NCBI GenBank assembly: GCA_976551045.1
Contig: CDPCPM010000076.1
Location: forward strand, 19,840,001 to 19,904,000
Direction of reading: 5' to 3'
DNA length: 64,000 nt
Source: Glaucostegus cemiculus
Taxonomy: Eukaryota
Positions within the stretch are counted from its first letter, which is position 1, and every line of letters starts with the position of its first letter. The translations under genes were made by a program, and so were the position numbers. This document shows, piece by piece, positions 38,411 to 50,629 of this stretch. The notes under the pieces are model-generated. The model was not told the origin of the DNA. It did no database searches and saw nothing but the letters and a program-made list of their open reading frames with translations.

Positions 38411-41148
38411 ACTCAATCTCAAATGGCAGTGTAGCCTCAGCAAGACTGAGAATGAAATGTTACACAATTGCTGACAGCAATTTGACTGTAGGACAAACAG
38501 ACAATAGATGTATTCCAAGTGAGGAGTGTAGTAGTATAAGAACTTTATTATTATTACATCATTTAAAAAAGGATAGCCCTTGATCCCTTTATTTCCGAAA
38601 TGTTCAGTCAGTAGTACTGGTTCGACTGATAAAAGCCCACCTGGGAGCTTGGAATTGGATTAAGTTCAAACAGACTAAGAGATGAAGATGCAATCTTCCT
38701 CTGCTGATTGAGAATGCATGCTAGGACAATGCAAAGGGTGCTTCACTTTTATACCTTGCTCCCCAAGATCTGAAAAATGTCAGGAGGAAGCCTTATCCTT
38801 TATCTCACCAATGTTTGTGATCTTGGAATGCTTGTGCTTAGAAATTTCATGCAATGATTAGAATAATGATAGTGTGTCTGAGCCAAATAGATAATAGCAA
38901 TCCCAAAACTCACTTCATAGTCTGTCTCATATCTCAAATCATCTATTACCTTTCAATCAATTTCTCTGCCAAAGACCTTATTAAAGTTGCCTCTTTAATT
39001 TGCTGTGCAATATAAATACACATCAGGGAAATTCAATCATTGCACAGATGTGTAATGACATTATGAATAACATGAAGACTGATTCTTTCTCCTGGAACAA
39101 AATTATTGAATAAAGTGTGTTATCAAAAAATAACAGAATTTGACAGAGAAACTACAAACCAAATCTGGGAAAGGAATTGAAAAGGCAAGCAGCTCAACAG
39201 AGTTTACAGAATGGATAAATGAGACTACTTCTATTTTACTGTAACTGTCATAAATATTTCTGGCAGCAGAGTTCACAATATAATTTGACCTGTTGAGGTT
39301 TATAGCTGCCTATTGAGGCTCACTCTATTGCTGAGAAAGGCCTGTGCTTTTATTTCTAATAAAATACACTTCTGTTATTGTTGCTTATCTTCTCAACAAC
39401 CAAGCCCCCAGAATTTATATCATTAGCTTAATGAAAGAGGAATGTTTTGCTTTTCCAGTTTTATTTGTATACATACAAAGGATTATTTAGTTAAATAACA
39501 ACATTGTTTTCTGCTCGACCAATGTTTGAGGCCCCTTACATGAAGGTGATGTTTCTGTAGTCTTGTCCTCGTGTACCAATGGAGTCTGTACCCACCCCAC
39601 CCCCTGTCAAAGTCAGCACATCTGGGGTCCACCTGAGACCAGCCACTTGTGTCAGTCTGCTTTAGGATTTTTCCTGCCTTACCTCAGTAGGGTTTGTACA
39701 ATGTCTACTGAAGCTAATGAACCAGCAATCCTCAGGCAGTCTTTTACAAAGAGCAAAGCTTTCAGAAGAAACTGGATGACATTTTGTTTCTGTCTGCTTC
39801 TAACCATGAGAAATCACGATGTAACTTTGTGTCACCTGCACATGCTGATATTGCTGCAAAAAAGTACACAACTTCTCTCCCCCCTAAAAGGATTTATCGA
39901 TGAGAATAGTTTTCTTTTTTAATTAACTTATATGGAACATGAGCTGCCCCATCCATGAGTATTTGAGGAGAAGTGCTGTCACGCCTCAAAATATATACTT
40001 GACATTCCTATTATCTCCATATCTCTCTTTTTCAAAAGGCAAAAACTGAAGCTAAAATTGTTTTCCACAGTAGTGGCCTTACCAAGTGATTATTCTTCAT
40101 GAGTTGCACTGGTCAGTGAGCTTAGATGGAATATTTAATTTGAGTGGGATCACAATGGACCTTCAATGGATTTCCAGCTGGGACATGGAACAAGGCCTGA
40201 TTTGCATCCTATTCCTCCTTCTTTGGACGTAACTCAGAGAGGAGAAGGTTATGGCCAAGGTGAAAATAAATAAGTTCTAGAAATGTTTCATTATATGAAA
40301 ATATGTTGAATCAGTGCTGTGCAGAGAACCCCGGGGGAGCATTATTCCACAGTGCATCAGGTGTTATAATCAGGAATCCTGAACTTTGTGCAGGTGTCGC
40401 ACAAAAAATAGGTGATAGCCCAAAGTCACATGTAAAGCATGTACTTGCCTCCACTATCAGGTGCCATGGCAAGAGCTCTTAAAGTGGGAAGCATCACCTC
40501 GGCTGGTGGAACTGCTTTAGGACAGATTTGTCCCAAGATGGTGGGTGTGGAGTATGGCAGTGAAAACCTCGTGACCTGTCTGGTGTTGGCAGACAAGAAT
40601 TATGGTGTTTGAGCCTGTAGCAAAAACAAAAGGGAATTTGCTCTCCAGAAAAACAATGCCAGCACCACTCCAGACCAATGAAGCAAGATATTTAGTACTG
40701 ATAACAGAGCAGCAACTTTAATATAGTGAAGGCTGCAAGATCGTGGATTGCATTACCACAGTCTCGTAGCCAAATTCATGATCACTTTTCCTATATGAAC
40801 CACAATAAATGATTAGATTCTATTTCACCACAGTGGGATTTTAACAGATCAGCTTTGTGTTAGCATGCTATTAGATTCCATAATCTCTATTTGTTGCAAT
40901 GCCACTAGATTCACCAGAACCTCTGCAGTACATTGTGACAGCTGCTTTGTGAAATCATGGCTGCTTACTGGCAGCTATTCAACTTGGCATTTGAAATATA
41001 AAAGGTAAAATTCAGAAGTTATTGCAGGATTTCTGCAGGTAATGGATAGGCTAATTTAACGATCAAGTATTTGCTTGATGCAAGTTAATACACAAGGCAA
41101 TTAAAATTTAGCTTGCAAGATTGTTGTACATGCTTTGAATCAAAGTTC

Positions 41149-41637
41149 TCAGAATCAGAATCAGTTTTATTGTCACAGCCATATACATACATAGTATGCA
41201 TAGGAGCGAGATACCGTCCTCCTCAGGTGCTCGTCCCATAAAAAAAATAACATAACAACCAACAGAGAGACACATACACACTTGGCAGAATACACAGTAC
41301 AAAACATTACACATTAGAAGCTATGGAGATTGAAATTAAATTATTACGCAGATTAAATTAAAAATGGCCAGTAGATAAATAAATAGTTCTTAAAGTGAAC
41401 GGGCTGGTGTCGGGCATTTAAAGTGCTGGTGCATTTCTGTGCACCTAGCCTCTCTTAGTGTTAACAAAGGAAGATGGAGGGATGAGAGAGTTTGCAGTTC
41501 TGATGGCTTGCGGAAAGAAGCTATTGTTCAGCCTGGACGTTCTTGCCCTGATACATTTAAGCCTCCTCCCTAATGGCAAAATTGTGAAGAGGTGGTGAGA
41601 GGGGTGAGAAGGGTCGGCCATTATGCTTTTGGTCTGG
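41149..41637 (-). mobile_element. Rex1/Babar-type LINE 3' end (5'-truncated)
   Basis: ORF 41445..41774 contains KSIMADPSHPSHHLFTILPLGRR...RARTSRLNNSFFPQAIR, the Rex1/Babar C-terminus. The tail is ataaaactgattctgattctga on the minus strand. Confidence 0.88.
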
Positions 41638-42640
41638 AGATGAAAATTCAATTTATATGAATAGATGGAACATTTCTCTTGAGTAGAGCCTGTAAGGATG
41701 CTACTTGCAATGGATTTTAATATGACCCATCCAGTTCCCAGTAGACATGCATCTGCAGAGTGAGAATGAAACAATTTTTTCCCCCAACTCTCTCTCCTTC
41801 AGGCCACAGGATGGATATTATAGGAAATTAATTACTGTCACACTGATACAGGAGAAGGGTGTAAGACTTGACAAGTTTCTCTTACTGTGTGCTATAACTG
41901 AACTTAATGCTTGTATTGTGCAGCATTCACCTGAAGTATGAGATAAAAGAATAATTGTGCTGTTTCAATTCAAGGAATATTATGTTTTGTGTGCAGAACT
42001 GCTCAGTGCAAACGCTACCTGGTCCTAGCTGTATTTTTTAAAAATTTGTTCAGGAACTGCATGTCAGTTTCCGTTTATTCCTAGATGTTGGTAATGAGTC
42101 ACCTTGCACCATTTCATAGCTAGTGGTGACAGCAATGTTTGGTGGGGGCTTCCAGGATTTTGGTTCAGTGTTCAAGTAAGACTATTAATTGGCTTAAAAG
42201 GCAATTCAAATAATGTCATTTTGCACCTTGTGCCTTTGATCTATATAAGCTATATAAGCAATCACAGCCTTGAGAGGTGTTGTCAAAAAGGGATAGCAAG
42301 TTGCTGCACAGTTTCATTATCATTGTGTAGGAATTGATATTTAAGCTAGTCTAGGAGTACTGATCAAGTGGATTATTAAGTTGTAAGTAAGTATTGAGCT
42401 CCAGGTGGTAATGGAGCTAAATCCTATCCAGCAAAGTGGTGATATCTCATCACACTCAAAGGAACAATACACAGACAATATGTAAAGAATAGCAGCAGTG
42501 CTGAATATTAGATACAGCAGAGGTTATTGATCTACTTCCATCTTACCTCTGAGCTTGTAACAGGCCTGAAAGTACCCGACTGAAAGTCAATGATTTCTGT
42601 AAGAATGGAAGATAAGAGCTTTATTGATATTTGCTGATAG

Positions 42641-42748
42641 GTAAACACTGCAATACAAGAGAACAAACTGAAAGAGGAATGCGATGAGCTGATGGACATT
42701 ATCAGACAAAGGAAGCAGATTATTGCTGTGAAAATAAAAGAAGGAAAG
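42641..42748 (+). CDS. MID2: MID2 coding exon, coiled-coil; 108 nt, phase 0-0
   Basis: tgatag| ... |gtaagc. Translates [36 protein letters not shown], in frame with the previous exon. Confidence 0.93.
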
Positions 42749-43627
42749 GTAAGCTTTTTCTGTGTAAATTATCTAAATAAATGTGTCAAAGGGTAGGCTA
42801 TTAGTAATCAGGCTGTTTCTTTCTAAGGTTGAAAACACACACTCTTCAAATCAACACAAGTTTACAGTGTAGTAAATAGAACAGAGTTTATTCAGGATCA
42901 TTTTGAGTGATCAGATCAAGTAGACAAGAGGGGCTTCTAGCTTTATTCTTTTCTCCAGGCCTTAAGAAGAACTGTTGAATGTCAAGCCCACTTACACACC
43001 TTTATCAAAAAGCTGTACATCACAACTACAGCTTCAGGACATATCTATTCCACTAATTCTATGAAAACAATTGTTTGTGTTTACTCCAAAACTATATCCA
43101 TTAAACAAGATTTTCCTACCAAATCACTCCCAGGGTTTTAAAGAACAAACTTTATTATAAATATTTTCTATTCACCAGCTAAAGAATTAACTATTACAAT
43201 AATGGGTGATGCCATTACAGTAACATATTTCTTTGCATAATCACTTTTAGTATTGCTGCGTCTTCCTTTTTACATTTCAGTTCCTCCTGTTTATCATGAA
43301 AACCTGTTCCTCTACATATTAAGTTGTACCATTAATCCTAAAGTCTTCAAGATGGCCAACATGCATTTCTTCACTATATCCAGCACAACATCTAATGTTC
43401 TCAAAAAAAATTACAAATACAGTAAGTATTGAGCCACTAAAGAGGTCATAATGCCATTTTTATTAAAACTAGACACTGGATATTAAACCTAAAACTGGAT
43501 CAACAGTTAACTTAGCACTGTACAGGGATCAAATCTGTCATCTTTACAGCGGCCCCCAACTGATGAAGATGGGGTGGACTTATCATAATTTTTAAAGAAG
43601 TGAGCAGTGACCTACATTACTCTTTAG

Positions 43628-44255
43628 AGGTCATGGAGTCATACAGCTCTTCAGCCTACTGCGTACATACCAACAATCAAGTATCCATTCACACTGATCC
43701 TACACCAATCCCATTTGGGCAGGCATGGAAGTGTAGCAGTTAGCATAACATTTTACAGTACCAGCGACCTGGGTTCAATTGCAGACACTGTATGCAAGGA
43801 GTTTGTACATTCTCCCTGTGTCTGCGTGGGTTTCCTCCAGGTGCTCCTGTTTCCTCCCACATTCCAAAGATGTACGAGTTAGGAAGTTGTGGATCTGCTG
43901 TGTTGGCGCTGGAAGTGTGGCAACACTTGTGGGCTGCCCCCAGAATACTCTACGCACAAGATGCATTTCACAGTGTGTTTTGATGTACATGTAACTAATA
44001 AAGATATCTTATTTTGTTCTCCCCACATTCTCTCATCAATAGCCCCACATTCTATTAGTCACCTACACACTAGGCAATTTACAATGGCTAATTAGTCAAC
44101 CAATGCATGTCTTTGGAAAGTGGAAGGAAACTACAGTACTCAGAGGAAATTCACACGGTCATGTGCAAACTTCACACAGACAACACCGAAGGTCAGGATT
44201 CAATCAAGTCGCTGGATCTTTGAGCCAGTAGCTTTACTAGCTGTGAACATTGTGT
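43628..44255 (-). mobile_element. Older V-SINE split into 43628-43716 and 44011-44255 by a younger SINE
   Basis: Tail gtcatggagtcatacagc...caatcccattt resumes as attttgttctccccacattc...cacctacacactaggcaatttaca...tctttggaaagtggaaggaaac. Confidence 0.8.
43717..44010 (+). mobile_element. Full-length V-SINE with Rex1/Babar-like tail
   Basis: tRNA-like head gtgtagcagttagc...ctgggttcaatt, V-core as at 34220-34290, tail catttcacagtgtgttttgatgtacatgtaactaataaagatatctt. Flanked by ATTT at 43713-43716 and 44011-44014. Confidence 0.9.
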
Positions 44256-45284
44256 CTACTGGGCATCTGGAATGACCGAGTTGGGCTATTTAAAATGTTG
44301 TTCCCACACACAGAACCCAATTGGCATCTTTGGACTGAACCAATTTTATTGTAATTTGTGATCATGGGTAATTTTAGTCTTGAATATACACATTACCATC
44401 TCCCAACGGGATTTTGACATTCTGCACTGGAGTTTTCTTTTTACAATAATCCATATGTACCCTATCGTGAAGGGGCTGTTTAATGCAATAATGAAGCAAT
44501 TACTTCAACAATACTGTAAAAAAAAATTCTTTGACTTGCTGAAGCATTCCCCCGAGAGCAAGAATCAATTACTGAAGAACATTAACCACTGCTTACGTAC
44601 CCTTAAAAGACAGTAATTTAAGAACTATTGCATTTGAAGTCTGTTACAGCAGTGAACTCAGATAATAAGCAGAATCTCTTTATGTTCAGCATCGGTATCA
44701 CTTGTTCCGCTGCTAGGTGTGCAGATTAGTCCTCTTTTAATGGCAATTCTTTACAGGCAAATCCTACAAATTAATTACTTGCTGTCCAGAGTTGCTCACT
44801 CACTGCTGGCATTACTTAATCTCCAACTAATTGACAGAGGTAGGTGCAAGGATCACTATTAAGTATGGCCATCATTTACTCACAAATGTCAAATCTGTCA
44901 AAATTCCTTTAAAACACCTCTTTCAAGTCTAGAAGCATCAAGACTAATGTAGAGACTTTTAAATTAATTTATTACCTAATCTGTCTCAGGACTGGTAATT
45001 TTTAACTTCCCATTTCAAATGATCAGATAGAGCTTTCAACTGTGCTCATGACCCATTGATTTCCCATCCAAACATTTTAGTGGCTGGAAAATTTGAACAT
45101 GCAGAATTTGAATTCACGCTTCTGTGGTTTTATAACAAACAGACTTTCAACAGAAGCAATCAAGATATGAATAAAGTGCTGTGTGGCTTCTTCAGAAGCA
45201 TATTGTATGCCTTGATAAATGAGCCTGCCTTCTTGACTTTTAAGCCTCATATGTTTATTTTCTTTCTATGTGCTCCTCTTCAAG

Positions 45285-45433
45285 GTTATGAAGTTGAGGA
45301 AACTAGCACAGCAAATAGCAAACTGCCGGCAGTGCTTGGAGCGGTCAGGGTCTCTCATCAGTCAAGCGGAACAAAGCCTGAAGGAAAATGATCATGCGCG
45401 CTTCTTGCAAACAGCAAAAAATGTAACAGAAAG
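45285..45433 (+). CDS. MID2: MID2 coding exon, coiled-coil; 149 nt, phase 0-2
   Basis: tgctcctcttcaag| ... |gtgaac. Translates [49 protein letters not shown](R). Confidence 0.93.
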
Positions 45434-47128
45434 GTGAACCAGACATTACTGGAAACATTGGATATAGTTAATGTGAGACAGAAACTATTAAACAATAAAC
45501 AACTCCCCATAGACAATAAAAAGGATAATTCCTCTCACTAGTTTCCCATCTCTTTTCCTGAAGGATGAAATTGTGCTTTGTAACAGATATACAGGCATCA
45601 GCCAACCCTGTTTATGTTACCCAAGTAGCCACTGAAGTGTCAGCTTAAATTGAGAACAACAGGAGGCTTAATTTTCCTTGGGGTGCATTAGAATCAAAAC
45701 TAATGTTGCACCTACTTTCCCAAAATCAATTAAAGATGATCAGAAAGATAAATCCTTGCTCAGATTTTTCCTTCCCTGGCTGAAGAGTATTGATGTTGAT
45801 TACAACATCTTTAATCCAACCCCAAATGACGTCTGTTAGTTCTGCTCAGGTCAGAGATTGATCCTTAGGCAGTGACTCATCTTGGCTCATGTCCCATACT
45901 TAGCAATGCATAGCCATTGAGCTATTGGAAGAATTTCATACAAGATTTGTTTTGAAGGACTCATTTAATGAAAAGGTATTCCAATATAAACCATCTCATG
46001 AATCTGCAAAGGGTTATAGAATGGAATAAGTGGAATGGAATTTAGAATATGCAAGGATTTAAATAACCTTTTAGGGACTTAATAATAATCAACTGATGGT
46101 TGTTATGTTATAAGATTAGGAAAGGAAAGCATTTAACAGATAAGAGCAACATAACCAACTTCAATTCTTCTGTAACAAAAGCAAGATTGGAAATAGAGTG
46201 CTGATTGAACCAGTTACAACACATTAATTAATGATACCTTTATTTTTCCATTTGTTCTTTCCCACTTGTGGGAGTTAGTTTCACAAGTGTCAGCTGGCTA
46301 ACAGTTTCATCCTTTAACTGATTCTTCTCATGTGGAGAGCTAGGAGTACATGTAACCCAAGATGTCATCATTTCTGAATGAGGTCTGCCTTGTCCAAACA
46401 CAGACAAAGCTGCAATTTTTAAATCAAGAGTGGAGTGATTTCAGGAGAGAAATTCCCAGTATTAGTCTCAATTCTTCGTGCACCCAGCAATAGTGACTGC
46501 TACCATTGCCAAGTGAAATCAGTTACTTTGGCCAAGATACATGACCCAATTGAAATTTAAAATGATAATGGAAATTTAGGACATTACAAGAACACTCCAC
46601 ATAAGGTCTCCTGCAGTATCAATGCCACGTAGGCCAAATGAATAGAGCCAAGAATGTTTGGAGTGGACCATTTCAGATGTTGAATATGTCCTTTGGTTTT
46701 GTGGGGAACTTTCTGTGAAAGTTGAATAGTTCATAGTTGATTAAATTAAGCAGACAATATCTCAATAACTCAGGGACTGGGCTGCAGCAATGCTAATGCC
46801 AACAGGACAGACCATCACTGAACAGAAAGTAACCATGATTTTTCTATTGCTTATGTATGCTCCAGAGAATTGACTTCAAAGACCTCCAAACATGCTTGCA
46901 TTCCTTAGCACTCAATGTTGATTAGATTCTTCATTGATTAGATACCTCAGCTAGTGATTCTATACCACAAGAAAATTTGGTAAAAAAAATTAATTGCAAG
47001 GGAAGGTCTTCAGCTGATTGAATTTAATATCTCCAGTATGCAATGCACCCATAACAGAATCCAATTCATTTGTTATTTTATCTAACCTTTATGCTTATGC
47101 ATTTATTATAAACATTTCATAATTAAAC

Positions 47129-48390
47129 CATAGAACAATACAGCACAAAACAGGCCCTTCGGCCAACCATGTTGTCCCATCCATCAAACCTCACACTATC
47201 TAACTCTTTCCTCCCACGTATCCGTCTATTCCACATTCCTCCATATGTCTATCCAACAATCTCTTGAACCTGTCCAACGTATCTGCCTCCACCACCACCC
47301 CAGGCAGCACATTCCATGCGCCAACCACCCTCTGCGTGAAAAACTTCCCTCTGACATCTTCCCTGAACTTTCCACCCAATACCTTAAAGCCATTGTCCTC
47401 TCATCTTGAGCATCTGTGCTCTGGGAAAGAGGCGCTGGCTGTCAACTCTATCTACTCCTCTCAATATTTTATACACCTCTATCAAGTCTCCTCTCATCCT
47501 CCTCCTCTCCAACGAGTAAAGACCTAGCACCTTAAGCCTCTCCTCATATTCCATACCCTCTAATCCAGGCATCATCCTGGTAAATTGCTTCTGTACCCTC
47601 TTCAACGCCTCCACATCCTTCCTATAATGCGGCGACCAGAACTGAACACAATACGCTAAGTGCGGTCTAACTAGAGTTTTGTAAAGCAGCACCATCACCT
47701 CTCGGCTCTTAAACTCAGTCCCATGATTTATAAAAGCTAATATCCCATAAGCCTTCTTAACTGCCCTATCCACCTGCGAGGCAACTTTGAGTGAACTGTG
47801 GATATGAACCCCCAGATCCCTCTGCTCCTCTACACTGCCAAGTACCTTGCCATTTACCTTGTACTCTGCCCTGGAGTTTGTCCAACCAAAGTGCACCACC
47901 TCACACTTCTCCGGATTAAACTCCATCTGCCACTTGTCTGCCCAGCTCTGCATCCTATCAATATCCCTCTGTAAGCTCCGACAGTCCTCCACACTATCCA
48001 CCACACCGCCGATCTTGGTGTCATCTGCAAATTTACTAACCTATCCTTCCACACCTTCATCTAAGTCATCTATAAATATAACAAAAAGTAGTGTTCCCAG
48101 AACTGATCCCTGCTGGACACCACTAGTCACAGCCCTCCAATCTGAGGACACTCCCTCCACCACAACCCTCTGCTTTCTACAGGCAAGCCAATTCCTGATC
48201 CACACAGCCAATCTTCCCTGAATGCCTTGACCTCTGACCTTCTGAAGAAGCCTGCCGTGAGGAACCTTATCGAACACCTTACTAAAATCCATATAGACCA
48301 CATCCACCGCACTGCCCTCATCAATCTTCCTCGTCACCTCCTCAAAGAATTCTATCAGGCTCGTGAGGCAAGATCTTCCCTTCACAAAGC
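47129..48390 (-). mobile_element. Young 5'-truncated CR1 LINE with most of the RT domain
   Basis: ORFs 48041..48385 and 47384..48004 are the same frame ([32 protein letters not shown] at 48020-48031, LVRPHL.YCVQFWSP), split by one TAG at 48041-48043. A 1-nt frameshift lies near 47392, and a 3' UTR/tail extends to ~47129. Confidence 0.95.
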
Positions 48391-49139
48391 TTCATTAAGT
48401 AGCTTTATAAAATCATATGAATTTTAAAATTTATATTTTACTAATCTTAATTTCTACTCTACTTTGTGATAAACCAGAAATTAGAAGTAATACCCTGGTT
48501 ACTTTATCTACAGGATTTTATACCTCAGTATGAATCAAAACATTTTCTGAACTGTAGTGCTTAGGTTTTCAAATGTCCTTTTAAAAAAAAATCACTTCCT
48601 TCACACCTGGAATTTGCCCCAAGTGGTTTTTTTGTACCTTGTGACCTGGTGAACAGGATCAAACTTTTGAACTGATAATGGTCTGACTTCCTTTGGCACA
48701 TTTGTTGAAGGCATGAACTCCATTATTCCAGCATCCTATTACCTTCTAATAGCCTTTGCACAAACGCAGGCAAATTCAGATAAGCATTGGTGCTTTGTTG
48801 AAAGATCTATTCCATTGAAAATATTGCCTGCTAATATATGCAGGTTCCTCACAGTGTCTTGCTGTGTTAATTCAGTTCCACATATGGAGAGTTGGTGGTA
48901 CAAATTCTACATTGCTGCATCCCAAAATAAATCAATGTCCATGAGAGATGGAAAAATAGCAAACACAACTATCAGCAGTTCAGAGTGCAATAATACTGGT
49001 TAGTTTTCTCATTATTGTGAAAAGGATAAAAACAGCAAGCCTGAAATATGTTATGCTGTGTTTTACATGAAAAAAATACATGCTTTGTGAAAGATACTTT
49101 TAATATTATACAATTCTTGATGGTCGTTATGTTTTGCAG

Positions 49140-49267
49140 GGTTGCTATGGCAACAGCATCGTCTCAAGTCTTAATCCCAGATATCAATTTGAATGAAGCC
49201 TTTGAAAATTTTACTTTGGATTTTACAAGAGAAAAAAAGTTATTAGAAAGTCTTGACTATCTTACAG
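49140..49267 (+). CDS. MID2: MID2 coding exon, COS box; 128 nt, phase 2-1
   Basis: gttttgcag| ... |gtaaca. Translates (R)[42 protein letters not shown], also visible inside ORF 49048..49335. Confidence 0.95.
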
Positions 49268-50629
49268 GTAACATTGTTAAAAGAATTTTTGTGTTATATT
49301 ACCAACCCACAGGAAAAATATTCATCTTCCATTGACTCCATTTGATTGAGAGAACATGACATGATAGCTTCATACACTGATGAGAGTTGGCTTTGTCAAG
49401 CTTCCTATAATTACATGAGCACTTCAGTCTCCTTCCTCACTTTTCCCAAGTACCTCCATAGTCTAACACAAGCACATCCAAGCAACCTAAATCCACTTGG
49501 ATGTGCAATCACATCTCTTGTGACAATGGATAACTGCTTGTTCTCCACACGTTTGTCAGGTTTCGTCACTATGCTCCTTTCTATAGGCATTCCATCATAA
49601 ACTCCCTGAAATCTTGTGTTAACCCTCTGCACTTGCTAAACCAGTTTTGCCAAACCATTGGGTGTCTTTACTGATCAAATCCTCCAACAGTAAAGACTCA
49701 CAGCATGTGCTCAAAGTATATAAAGAATACTTAAATTTTATAGAAGAGAACAGGCATCACCAGAGTGAAATCTGTGAGATGAATTGCTACTGTACGTTGA
49801 ATCTTGTAATGTCTGCAACTAGCTCTGACCTGGTAGGAAGTCACTGCAGTCGTCATTACAGAAATAATATGCAAAATTCAATTTGGAGTCTTTACATCAG
49901 TGAACCTTGATGTTATTGTAATACAGCTGCTAACAAGTTGATACCACCTAAGCATGACATCGCTCTGGCATTAATCCGTAACTCTATAATTACAATTCCC
50001 ACTGTCCCTCGTGTCTCCAGGTAAAGCGGGATGTACATGGTTTATTTTCATTACAGGGCCAAGAACCAGCTTAACCAGGGACCCCTTTTGATTACTGAGC
50101 ATTGTTAAACCTGCTGCAATTCCATTTCACAGGAGAGATGGCAGATCCATATTTTTTCTAACAATGGACCCAAACAAAATGTTCAATTTAAATTGCAACC
50201 TTAATCACCTTTTAAATTCCACATATGCTCATTGAGTGACTTCAGCTATTTCTCCAGTAGGCTGATAAAAATATGATAAAGACTTGATGCAGAAGAAACC
50301 CTTATGTCAGACAGATGGTGATAAATATGTACTCTTTCCTCACTTATCCTGAATTCTGAAAGAGAAAAGTCTACTAATGGACTTCATTAATTTTGTGGGA
50401 CAGTAAACTAAATGTGAAAATAACTGATTTAATGTGAATAATTAAGCAACACAAATATAAAGTGACTGATAATAGATCACAGAGGTAAATATTTATACAG
50501 AAAGCCTCATTTCAGGGGAGACAAATTCCCAGGATTTGTGAAGCTGTTACATATGTTCAAAGTGGAGTTGAGAACATCCTTAATTCTTTTCCTCTGCCCA
50601 TTCGTCATCTCTTCCTGTGATAGAGTTCA

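Noticed and set aside
45056-45391. 111-aa ORF overlapping the 149-nt exon
   Set aside because: It is in a different frame from the real MID2 exon and shows no homology.
11079-47500. Inverted CR1 pair (11079 plus, 47129 minus) as a long-range RNA duplex
   Set aside because: They are 36 kb apart and visibly diverged subfamilies.
47384-48385. RT ORFs as a retron, DGR or other prokaryotic-style RT system
   Set aside because: The motifs, C-terminus and 3' tail are ordinary CR1 LINE, in a vertebrate intron, with no partner genes or arrays.
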